Shown here one piece after another: positions 6,859-15,036 of a stretch of DNA of 64,000 nt. The stretch's first letter is position 1. Every line of letters begins with the position of its first letter. Under the pieces are notes generated by a model. That model did not search any database. It saw only the letters and a list, made by a program, of their open reading frames with translations, and was not told the origin of the DNA. Origin of the DNA: Acidobacteriota bacterium (GTDB lineage: Bacteria; Acidobacteriota; Thermoanaerobaculia; Multivoradales; JBCCEF01); assembly GCA_039030395.1 (NCBI GenBank), contig JBCCEF010000001.1, positions 54,258-118,257 on the forward strand. The letters run 5' to 3'. The position numbers were made by a program, and so were the translations under genes.

Positions 6859-9250
6859 TTGGATCCAAGCAACACCGCTGGCGACCGCCGCCGGCTGGCT
6901 CATCACCTGGACAATTCACAGCACCGTGCTCCTCGCCGTCGCCTGGGGCCTTTCGCGGCTTCTGCGCGGCCGGCGGTTGGCTCTCGAAGAATCGATCTGG
7001 CGACTCGCCATCGTCGGTTCTCTGGTCACCGCCTCCCTGCAGATCGGCGCTGGCCTCGAACCGCTGACGGCACGGTGGACTATAGCCCCTTCGACCGCAG
7101 CGGCCGTCGACACCCAGCGCCCGACCGGCGAACTCACCGCCCTGCCGCGGGTGACGGTGAACCTCCCAGCCGCTCCGGCCGAGGGTTCCCTACCGGCCAC
7201 CGCGCTGTCGGCAGCGGCACCGGCAGCGGCTCTGTCGGGCGAGCAGCGGTTGCAAACCGCCGGCGTTTTTCCGGTCGCTCCGGCCGCCGCGCCGGAAGGT
7301 GTTCGCCGGCACCGCTGGGCCGCTCCCCTCCTCGCCCTGTGGCTTTGCGGAGCGCTTCTCGCCTGCCTGCCCCTGGCCCTCGCCGGCCTGCGCCTGAGCC
7401 ACCATCTGCACCGCCGTCAGCCGGTGCGCCTGGGGCCCGCCGCCGAGACCTTGAAACGCCTCCTGCGGCGGCCGGAAGTACCGCGTCGTACCCGCCTGTC
7501 CGCCACCCCGCGACTCGCCGTACCGATCGCCCTGGGCTTCGTTCGCCCGGAGATCTGCCTACCGGAACGAGCACAGGAGCTGGACGGGGCGCAGCAGGCC
7601 TCACTGGTGGCCCACGAGACGGCCCACCTGGTGCGCCATGACCCGCTGTGGTTGCTGACGATGAGGTCGCTCGAAGGGGTCTTCTTCTTCCAGCCGCTGC
7701 TGCGCGTCGCCCGGCGGCGCCTCGAGGAGATCGCCGAGTTCCGCTGCGACGACTGGGCCCGGCAGCAGACCGGGCAACCGAGCGCCCTCGCCCGCTGCCT
7801 GACCGCCGTCGCCGGCTGGAGCGTCGGGGAGGCAGCGACCGTTCCCGCTCCGGGAATGGTCGGGCGACCTTCCGGTCTGAGCCGGCGGATCGAGCGGCTG
7901 CTGGACCGCGACGCCAATGCCGACCGGCCTTCCCGCTGGCTCCTGGCAGGGGGCATTGCGGCCGTTCTCCTCGCCGTGCTGGCGTTGCCGGCGGTCACCC
8001 TGACGGCGAAGGCCGGCGCCGACGACGCGCCACCGGCGGCGGAGCGGCAAGAGCCGGGGGAATCCGCCGAGTCCGTCGCCGGGGGCGATCCCGCGGGCGA
8101 CGCCAACGGCGGCTGGGTGGTCGAAGGGGAGGATGGCGAAGACTGGATGGCGGCGCAGGAAGAGCGCGAGGCCCGCGACGTTGACGAAGGCTGGGACGAT
8201 AGCTGGGACGAGGACCTCACCGACGAGGACCTGGTGGACTCCTGGGGCGACCACGATTGGGGCGACTTCGAGTTCCAGATGGAAGGCTTCGAAGGGTTGG
8301 CCGCACTCGAAGCCCTGCACGATCTCCAAATCGAGGGATTGGAGAACCTCGAAGGTCTGGAAGAAATCGCCGTCGAGCTGAGCACCCTGGACTTCAGCGC
8401 GCTCGAAGACCTCGGCCGGCGCTTCGAAGGCATGGACATCGGAGACCTCTACCGCAGCCTCGAAGACCTGGAGACCGACGACTTTCACCATTTCGAAGCC
8501 CTGACGGACTGGAGCCAGGACTTCGCTGAGGATTGGCAAGAGCTGGCCCAAGAAATGACCCACGACCTGGAGGAACTGCAGCACGTCGGCGACCATGCCG
8601 GCTGGGACGATGCGGCGAGCGCCGAACTCCATGCCCGCATCGCCGACATAGTCGCCGCTTCAATGCCCGATCAGGAGACCATCGAACGCCTGGCCGAAGA
8701 AGGCCGTCGCCTGGCAGAGCGGTCGCGGCCGGATCAGGCGGAGATCGACCGCCTGGTCGCCGAAGCCCGCCGGCTGGCGGAGGTGGAGCGCCCGTCGGAC
8801 GCAGAGATCGAGCGTCTGCGGCAGCAGGCCCGAGAGATCGCCGAGCGCAGCCGTCCGACCGAGGAAGAACTCGAACGCCTGCGCGAGGAGGCCCGCCGCC
8901 TCGCCGCACGGCACCGCCCGAACCCCGACGAGCTGGAGCGCCTGCGGGCCGAAGCGCGGGAACTGGCCGAGCGCCACCGCCCGATTCCCGAGGAGCTGGA
9001 GCGGCTACGTACCGAGGCACGGGAACACGCCGAGCGCCACCGGCAGGAGATCGAGCGGAGCCGCGAGCGGCACCGCGAGGCCCGCGACCGCGCGGCCGAG
9101 GGTCGCGCCCGCGCCCGTGCAGAGCAAGAGCGCCGCCTGGCCGCCGAACGGAGCGAACTCGAACAGCGCCGACGCGAGCTAGAAGAGCGCGAGCGCACCC
9201 TGCGCGAGGCCGAGCGGCGCTTGGAGGAGGCATTCGAAGAGGACGGATAG
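6851..9250 (+). CDS. BlaR1-like M56-family membrane metalloprotease sensor (799 aa) with an atypical C-terminal acidic plus repetitive coiled-coil domain in place of a beta-lactam sensor or TonB domain.
   Basis: GTG start overlapping the blaI-like stop. Several N-terminal TM helices. M56 zinc motif LVAHETAHLVRHD (HExxH at nt 7613-7627). A further TM helix near aa 360-380, an Asp/Trp/Glu-rich acidic stretch, then six 21-aa ER-rich repeats (ELERLRxEARxLAERHRP). Confidence 0.8.
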   Translation: MIDWIQATPLATAAGWLITWTIHSTVLLAVAWGLSRLLRGRRLALEESIWRLAIVGSLVTASLQIGAGLEPLTARWTIAPSTAAAVDTQRPTGELTALPRVTVNLPAAPAEGSLPATALSAAAPAAALSGEQRLQTAGVFPVAPAAAPEGVRRHRWAAPLLALWLCGALLACLPLALAGLRLSHHLHRRQPVRLGPAAETLKRLLRRPEVPRRTRLSATPRLAVPIALGFVRPEICLPERAQELDGAQQASLVAHETAHLVRHDPLWLLTMRSLEGVFFFQPLLRVARRRLEEIAEFRCDDWARQQTGQPSALARCLTAVAGWSVGEAATVPAPGMVGRPSGLSRRIERLLDRDANADRPSRWLLAGGIAAVLLAVLALPAVTLTAKAGADDAPPAAERQEPGESAESVAGGDPAGDANGGWVVEGEDGEDWMAAQEEREARDVDEGWDDSWDEDLTDEDLVDSWGDHDWGDFEFQMEGFEGLAALEALHDLQIEGLENLEGLEEIAVELSTLDFSALEDLGRRFEGMDIGDLYRSLEDLETDDFHHFEALTDWSQDFAEDWQELAQEMTHDLEELQHVGDHAGWDDAASAELHARIADIVAASMPDQETIERLAEEGRRLAERSRPDQAEIDRLVAEARRLAEVERPSDAEIERLRQQAREIAERSRPTEEELERLREEARRLAARHRPNPDELERLRAEARELAERHRPIPEELERLRTEAREHAERHRQEIERSRERHREARDRAAEGRARARAEQERRLAAERSELEQRRRELEERERTLREAERRLEEAFEEDG
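8669..9046 (+). repeat. Six tandem 63-nt repeats inside the BlaR1-like gene, encoding 21-aa units of consensus (P/D)EELERLRxEARxLAERxRP.
   Basis: Read directly in DNA and protein. Units begin at roughly 8669, 8732, 8795, 8858, 8921 and 8984. A further degenerate Arg/Glu-rich helical region follows. Confidence 0.7.
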
Positions 9251-9290
9251 CGACCGGCCGAGCGGCCCGCTTCTGACCCTTCGAGGGATC

Positions 9291-9324
9291 GACGAGACGT
9301 CTTCGGGCGTCTCGTCTTTTTTTT
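9291..9324 (+). terminator. Rho-independent terminator downstream of the BlaR1-like gene.
   Basis: Perfect 9-bp stem (gacgagacg / cgtctcgtc) with an 8-nt loop, followed by a run of 8 T. It sits 40 nt after the stop codon. Confidence 0.8.
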
Positions 9325-9493
9325 GCCGCTTTTCCGCCCGCGGCTCCCATTCGGTACGGATTGGGATTGCATCCGATTTCGCCCTGGGATCGAAAGGGTA
9401 GATGTAGTCACTCTTGGGCGCGGCCGCCCCAAGGGACCAAAGCTTAGGTCAGCAATCCAGTATCGATAACCGATGAGACTCAAGGAGTTTCCG

Positions 9494-10027
9494 ATGAGAA
9501 CTACTGTTTCCACTTCCCGCCGTAATGTCCTTCTAACCGCCGCAATCTTCCTCCTCGGCGTCACCCTGACGGCCAGCACGGCCTTCGCCGGCCATCACAA
9601 GAAGAAAGAGTCCAAGGACATCGTCGCGGTCGCCGTCGGGGCCGGTTCGTTCAATACCCTAGCGGCGGCCCTAGAAGCCGCCGATCTGGTGGGCGCCCTG
9701 CAGGGCGACGGGCCCTTCACGGTGTTCGCTCCGACGGACGACGCTTTCGCCGCCCTTCCGGACGGAACCCTCGACACCCTTCTCAAGCCTGAAAACCGCG
9801 ACCAGCTCACCGCCATCCTCACCTACCACGTCGTCGCCGGCAAGGTGCCGGCTAAGGACGTCGTCAAGATGGACAGCGCCGAGACTCTGAACGGGCAATC
9901 GCTGAACTTCGAGGTGGTCGACGGCAACGTCAAGGTGAACGACGCCACCGTCGTCAAGGCAGACGTCGGCGCCAGCAACGGAGTGATCCACGTCATCGAC
10001 TCGGTGCTCCTGCCAGCGGCGAACTGA
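9494..10027 (+). CDS. Fasciclin (FAS1) domain protein, exported (177 aa).
   Basis: AAGGAG RBS 6 nt upstream of the ATG at 9494. Tat-like signal ([15 protein letters not shown]...AFA). FAS1 signatures [15 protein letters not shown] and [13 protein letters not shown]. The upstream in-frame ATG at 9473 lacks an RBS. Confidence 0.85.
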   Translation: MRTTVSTSRRNVLLTAAIFLLGVTLTASTAFAGHHKKKESKDIVAVAVGAGSFNTLAAALEAADLVGALQGDGPFTVFAPTDDAFAALPDGTLDTLLKPENRDQLTAILTYHVVAGKVPAKDVVKMDSAETLNGQSLNFEVVDGNVKVNDATVVKADVGASNGVIHVIDSVLLPAAN

Positions 10028-10131
10028 CGGGCCGTTCACTGCATCGTCGCGCGGGGAGGGCTTTCCTCCTCGCGCGACTTCCCGTACCATGCGCCCATGC
10101 TCCTTTCCCCCTGCCCACAGCGACACTCCCC

Positions 10132-10683
10132 GTGAGCCTTTTGGCCCGAATCGGTGCCGGCGACCGGCAAGCCGTAGAGCTCTGTATCGACGAATACGGT
10201 GGCTTGATCTGGAGCATTGCTCGCCGCTTGTCACCGTCTGCGGCGGACGCGGAAGACGCGGTGCAGGAAATCTTCCTCGCGGTGTGGCGCAACGCGGCGA
10301 AGTTTGATGCCTCCAAAGCCTCGGAGAAGACCTTCATCACCATGATCGCCCGCCGCCGCCTGATCGATCGCTCGCGCCGCACCCAGCGCCAGCCGGAGCT
10401 GCGCCCGCTGCCGGCCTTCGGTGAGGTGGGCTCGACCCCGCATCGTTCGATCGAACACGGAGCGGAGGCGGCGATCGCCCACAAGGCCCTCGCCAAGCTC
10501 AAACCGGAACAGCGCCGCGCCCTGCAGTTATCGATCTACTACGGTATGTCCCACAGCGAAATCGCCGAACGCACGGACACGCCCCTGGGCACGGTCAAAT
10601 CCCACATCGCCCGCGGGTTGACAATGGTTCGGCAGGAACTCGCGGTCCACGAAGGCTCTTCCGGCCAGAAAGTGATGTCATGA
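10132..10683 (+). CDS. ECF-type RNA polymerase sigma-70 factor (183 aa).
   Basis: Region 2 (DAEDAVQEIFLAVWRNAAKFD...FITMIARRRLIDRSR) and region 4 HTH (QRRALQLSIYYGMSHSEIAERTDTPLGTVKSHIARGL) are both present. Confidence 0.85.
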   Translation: MSLLARIGAGDRQAVELCIDEYGGLIWSIARRLSPSAADAEDAVQEIFLAVWRNAAKFDASKASEKTFITMIARRRLIDRSRRTQRQPELRPLPAFGEVGSTPHRSIEHGAEAAIAHKALAKLKPEQRRALQLSIYYGMSHSEIAERTDTPLGTVKSHIARGLTMVRQELAVHEGSSGQKVMS

Positions 10684-11489
10684 ACCGGCCCGCCGACGAA
10701 CGCCTCCTCGAACTCCTCGCGCAGCGCGCGACGGAAGGTTTGGGCCTGGCCGACGGCGAGGAGCTCGCCCGCCTCCTCGACCGCGATCCCAGCTGGGCCG
10801 GCGACGAATTCGACCTGACCGCCGCGGCGATCGACGAAGCCCTGAGCGAAGCGCCGGCGGCGCTGCCGCCCGCCCTCGCCCGCCGGGTGCGCAGCGACGC
10901 AGCGAATTTCTTCCCGCCGACGGAAGAGATGCCGGCTTCCCAGGAGGAGCTGCCGGGGCAAAGGCACCCGCACGACCTGACGGCGAGTCCTGCCGCAAAT
11001 CGCTGGGTGCCGTGGTTGGTGGCCGCCGCCGGCCTGCTGCTCGCCGTCGTCGCCTGGTGGCCCCAGGTCGAGGCGCCGGCGCCACCGAGTGCCGCCGAAC
11101 AGCGCGCCACGCTCCTCGCCAACGCCGACGACGTCCAAACCCTGCCCTGGTCGGCGACCGAAGATCTCGCCGCCCGCGGCGCCGAAGGCGACGTAGTGTG
11201 GAGCTCCTCGCTCCAGCGCGGATTCATGCGAATCCGCGGCCTGGCGGTCAACGATCCGAATGAAAAGCAATATCAACTCTGGCTGTTCGATCAGCAGCGG
11301 GACGACCGCTACCCCATCGACGGCGGAGTGTTCGACATCCCGCCGGGGGCCGACGAAGTGATCGTCCCGATCGACGCCCGCCTTCCCTTCGAACAGCCGG
11401 CACTCTTCGCCGTCACTCTCGAACAGGCCGGCGGCGTGGTGGTGTCCGATCGCGAACGGATCGTTCTCGCGGCGGCCGTAGAGTCGTAG
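10680..11489 (+). CDS. Anti-sigma factor with RskA-like C-terminal domain (269 aa), translationally coupled to the ECF sigma gene.
   Basis: ATGA start/stop overlap with the sigma gene. N-terminal anti-sigma helix region. Single TM helix (WVPWLVAAAGLLLAVVAWW). C-terminal YQLWLFD...ALFAVTLEQAGGVVVS block typical of anti-sigma-K (RskA) periplasmic domains. Confidence 0.7.
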   Translation: MNRPADERLLELLAQRATEGLGLADGEELARLLDRDPSWAGDEFDLTAAAIDEALSEAPAALPPALARRVRSDAANFFPPTEEMPASQEELPGQRHPHDLTASPAANRWVPWLVAAAGLLLAVVAWWPQVEAPAPPSAAEQRATLLANADDVQTLPWSATEDLAARGAEGDVVWSSSLQRGFMRIRGLAVNDPNEKQYQLWLFDQQRDDRYPIDGGVFDIPPGADEVIVPIDARLPFEQPALFAVTLEQAGGVVVSDRERIVLAAAVES

Positions 11490-11647
11490 CTCCGCGCCCC
11501 TCAACCTGCTCTCCCCTGTCACCGACGGTAGGGCGACTCCCGCCTCTCACGGTGATGGACGAATGCCGCATGGCCCATGGAAACGGGCCGGTGAACCGAA
11601 GCATCGCTCCGATCCGCTATGATTTGCAGTAGTTTGCGGTTCCGACC

Positions 11648-12775
11648 ATGAACGACCCACTGGCTCCATCCCGCGCCCTCCGAGTCCTGCTCATTGCGGC
11701 GTCCCTTGCCATTCTGGCCGTCGCTCTGCAGTGGGCTCAGGCCTTGCTGGTGCCGTTTCTGCTCTCGATCTTCCTGGCGGTGATCGCCGCCTCGCCGGTG
11801 GCCTGGCTGCGCCAGCGGGGCGCCCCGAACTGGCTGGCGGTGGTGACCGTCGTGTTCACCATCATGGCGGCGGTGGTCGGCCTGGCGGTATTCGTGGGTC
11901 GCACCATCAACGAGTTCACCAGCCGCATTCCGGTCTACCAACAGCGCCTCCAGGAGGAACTCGTCTCCCTTTCCGGTGAGATGGGCCAGAGGCTTTCCCT
12001 GCAAGAGATTCTCGACAGCCTGGAGCCGGGCGCCGTGATGAACGGAGTGTCGTTGCTTCTCGGGGCCTTGAGCGGGGTGCTGGGCAACGTGTTCCTGATC
12101 TTCTTCACGGTCTTCTTCCTGTTGCTCGAAGCGGCCTCGCTGCCCACCAAGATGCAGGCGGCCTTCGGCGAGGCGGGAGGCGCCCAGCGCTACTTCAAGT
12201 ATTTCAATCGCGCCGCCGACGACCTCAAGCGGTATCTGAGCCTCAAGACGGCGATCAGCCTGCTGACCGGCACCATCATCGCCCTTTGGGCCACCCTGCT
12301 GGGAGTGGACTTCGCCCTCCTCTGGGGCCTAGTGGCCTTTTTGCTCAACTTCATCCCCAATATCGGCTCGATCCTCGCCGCCGTGCCGGCGGTCCTGCTG
12401 GCCTTCATCCAGTACGGACTCGGGCGGGCGCTGGTGCTGACCGCCGGCTATGTGCTGGTCAACATCGCCGTCGGCAACTTGATCGAACCGCGGATCATGG
12501 GAAAACGGCTGGGCCTCTCGACCCTCGTCGTCTTCCTCTCGCTGCTCTTCTGGGGCTGGATCTTCGGGCCGGTGGGCATGCTGCTCTCGGCACCGCTGAC
12601 CCTCACCATCAAGATCGCCATGGAGGCCAATCCCTCCACACGCTGGTTCGCCATTTTGCTGGGACCGGAGATCCGGGCCGAGCCGACGTCCTCCCCCGAG
12701 CCGCGGGAGACGGTGACGGAATCGGCAGACGAGCTGCCGGCGGACGAAATGCCGCCGCTCGAATCTCCTCCATGA
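11648..12775 (+). CDS. AI-2E family transporter (PerM/UPF0118, 375 aa).
   Basis: Eight predicted TM helices with the usual AI-2E layout. Conserved blocks include LLNFIPNIGSILA and WGWIFGPVGMLLSAPLT. Confidence 0.8.
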   Translation: MNDPLAPSRALRVLLIAASLAILAVALQWAQALLVPFLLSIFLAVIAASPVAWLRQRGAPNWLAVVTVVFTIMAAVVGLAVFVGRTINEFTSRIPVYQQRLQEELVSLSGEMGQRLSLQEILDSLEPGAVMNGVSLLLGALSGVLGNVFLIFFTVFFLLLEAASLPTKMQAAFGEAGGAQRYFKYFNRAADDLKRYLSLKTAISLLTGTIIALWATLLGVDFALLWGLVAFLLNFIPNIGSILAAVPAVLLAFIQYGLGRALVLTAGYVLVNIAVGNLIEPRIMGKRLGLSTLVVFLSLLFWGWIFGPVGMLLSAPLTLTIKIAMEANPSTRWFAILLGPEIRAEPTSSPEPRETVTESADELPADEMPPLESPP

Positions 12776-13125
12776 CCCGCCGCGACGGGGACGAGCCGCG
12801 CCATCCTCACCCCGGATTCGACACCGAGCGGGCGAAGGGTAACCCCGACGACCCCCTGGCCGGCGAACCCGTCGAGCTCGAGATCACCGACACCCTCGAC
12901 CTGCACAGTTTTCCGCCGCGCGAGATCGCCGCGCTGGTGCGGGACTATCTCGATGCCGCCTACGAGCGCGGACTGCGCTCCCTGCGCATCGTTCACGGAC
13001 GGGGCATCGGGGTGCAGCGCAACACCGTCCGCACCCTGCTCGAACGCGATCCAAGGGTGGTCGAATACGGCGATGCACCGGCCGACGCCGGAGGCTGGGG
13101 CGCCACCCGAGTGCGGCTGCAATGA
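12772..13125 (+). CDS. Smr-domain protein (118 aa).
   Basis: The ATG overlaps the AI-2E stop (ATGA). Smr hallmarks LDLHSF...EIAALVRDYLDAAYERGLRSLRIVHGRGIG. Confidence 0.75.
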   Translation: MTRRDGDEPRHPHPGFDTERAKGNPDDPLAGEPVELEITDTLDLHSFPPREIAALVRDYLDAAYERGLRSLRIVHGRGIGVQRNTVRTLLERDPRVVEYGDAPADAGGWGATRVRLQ

Positions 13126-15002
13126 AGAACCCCATCGGCTGGCTGCCGGGGATCGTGCGCCGCCGCTGGCGCAAGCTCTCGAACATTTTGGATCGCCGAT
13201 CTGTCGAGCTGGTCTACGGCCCCGGCTACGCCCTCACCCTCAACACCGGCCTGCACGACCCCCGGCGCGGCGAACGCATCCTCGCCTACCTGGAAGGACA
13301 AGACCTGGTGCGGCCGAGCCACATCCACGAGCCCGATCCGGTACCGCTTCAGCTCCTGCGGCAGATCCATCACGAGGACTACCTGGACGCCCTCCACGAC
13401 CCGGCCAGCCTGTCTCGGGCGGTCGGATTCCAGCCGAGCGATGGCGAGCACAACGCGCTGATGGCGACCCAGCGACTGATGGCCGGCGGCACCCTGCTCG
13501 CCACCCGCCTGGTCGCCGTCAGCGGCGGTATCGCCGTCAACCTTGGCGGCGGACTGCACCACGCCTTTCCGGACCGCGCCGAGCGGTTCTGCGTGTTCCA
13601 CGACGTCGCCGCGGCGGTCGCCGACCAGAGGCAGCGAGGGTTCGACGGCCGGATCCTGATCGTCGACCTCGACCTGCACGACGGCGACGCCACCCGCGAG
13701 CACTTCGCGGCGGACGACACCGTCCACACCTTCTCCATTCACAACCAGACCAACGGTGACGGAGAGGCCGTCGCCTCAACGGCGATCGAACTTGGCGCCG
13801 GAATCGAAGACGAGCGGTTCCTGGCGGTGCTCGACGAGAGCCTCCCCCCGCTGTTCGAGGCCTTTCGCCCGGAGCTGGTGCTCTACATCGCCGGCACCGA
13901 TCCGGCGGAGGACGACAAGCTGGGCGACTGGAGCCTGTCCGCCGAGGGGCTGCTGGCGCGGGACCGGCGGGTCTATGAACTCAGCCGCCCAAGGCGGAGC
14001 CCGGAACCGGCGGACGGCGAGCCCAAGGGGGAGACGCGATTCGCCAAACGACCCCTGGTGATCGTCCTCGGCGGCGGCTACGGCAGCGACGCCTGGCGCC
14101 ACACGGCGCGCACCCTCGCCTGGATGTTGACCGGCGATGCCCTGGAACCACCCACCACCGAGGCCCTCACCCTCGCCGGCTACCGCCGCCTCGCTGCCCA
14201 CTTTCGGCCGGCGGAACTCACCGGTGAGGATCCCGACGATTGGGGCCTCTCGGAGGAAGACATTCTCGGCGCCCTCGGCAGCCCGCGACGGCGCTCGGAA
14301 CGCTTCCTCGGCTACTACTCGCAGCACGGCATCGAGCTGGCCCTGGAGCGGGCTGGCCTGTTCGATCGCCTGCGCGCCCTCGGCTACCGGCAACCGGTGC
14401 TCGACTTCGACCTTTCCGGCGCCGATGGCGAGACGATGCGGGTGTTCGGCAGCCCGCGACGGCGACACCTGTTGATGGAACTCAAGGTGCGGCGCGACAA
14501 GGCGTCCCTGCCGCCGCACGAGATGCTGCGGGTGGAGTGGCTGCTACTCCAGAACCCCCGCCGGGAGTTCTCGGATCGGCAGCCGCGCCTGCCGGGACAG
14601 CAGCATCCGGGATTGGGCATGTTGCGCGACCTGATCGCTCTGCTCGTGCTGGTGTGCGATCGCCAACAGCTCGACGGCTTGCTCTTCGTACCGTCTCACT
14701 ACCATACGGCCAGCCAGTCGCGCCGGGTGTTGCGCTTCGTCCACCCGCAGGACGAAGGGCGATTCCGCGCTCTGCGCTCAGCTCTCGGTGGCCTGCCCCT
14801 GGCACAAGCCACCGGCGCCGTCGACGAGGGCAGGGTGCAAAATCTCGATACCGGCGAGCCCTTCCGCTGGCAGCCGGTGCCGATGGTGCTGCCGATTTCC
14901 GACGAGCTGGAATCCCGAATGCACGGTGATACCTACGAGGAAGAAGCGGAAGCCGTTCGGGGGAACACACGCCTCGAACTCCGGCCGGCGACGGCCGGCT
15001 GA
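13122..15002 (+). CDS. Histone deacetylase / AcuC-family (arginase-deacetylase fold) protein with a ~300-aa C-terminal extension of unknown function, possibly GNAT-like (626 aa).
   Basis: ATGA overlap with the Smr gene. HDAC motifs NLGGGLHHAF, IVDLDLHDGDA and LGGGYG lie in the first ~330 aa. The C-terminal half has no recognisable HDAC features. It contains a Q-x-x-G-x-G-like stretch (QQHPGLGMLRDL) reminiscent of an acyl-CoA binding loop. Confidence 0.7.
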   Translation: MKNPIGWLPGIVRRRWRKLSNILDRRSVELVYGPGYALTLNTGLHDPRRGERILAYLEGQDLVRPSHIHEPDPVPLQLLRQIHHEDYLDALHDPASLSRAVGFQPSDGEHNALMATQRLMAGGTLLATRLVAVSGGIAVNLGGGLHHAFPDRAERFCVFHDVAAAVADQRQRGFDGRILIVDLDLHDGDATREHFAADDTVHTFSIHNQTNGDGEAVASTAIELGAGIEDERFLAVLDESLPPLFEAFRPELVLYIAGTDPAEDDKLGDWSLSAEGLLARDRRVYELSRPRRSPEPADGEPKGETRFAKRPLVIVLGGGYGSDAWRHTARTLAWMLTGDALEPPTTEALTLAGYRRLAAHFRPAELTGEDPDDWGLSEEDILGALGSPRRRSERFLGYYSQHGIELALERAGLFDRLRALGYRQPVLDFDLSGADGETMRVFGSPRRRHLLMELKVRRDKASLPPHEMLRVEWLLLQNPRREFSDRQPRLPGQQHPGLGMLRDLIALLVLVCDRQQLDGLLFVPSHYHTASQSRRVLRFVHPQDEGRFRALRSALGGLPLAQATGAVDEGRVQNLDTGEPFRWQPVPMVLPISDELESRMHGDTYEEEAEAVRGNTRLELRPATAG

Positions 15003-15036
15003 AACGAACCGCTCGCCGGCGGCGTAGGGAGCGAAC

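Noticed and set aside
7417-9579. Several 280-340-aa minus-strand ORFs opposite the BlaR1-like gene
   Set aside because: They are shadow ORFs caused by the GC-rich repeat region. The products are Ser/Arg/Pro low-complexity.
10028-10131. ECF-type promoter upstream of the sigma gene
   Set aside because: I looked for a GGAAC-N16-17-GTC arrangement. Only a weak GTTCAC...CGTC candidate was present, which is too degenerate to call.
12286-13125. 279-aa ORF reading through the AI-2E gene
   Set aside because: Only the last 118 aa (from the ATG at 12772) form the Smr domain. The upstream part is an alternative frame of the transporter gene.
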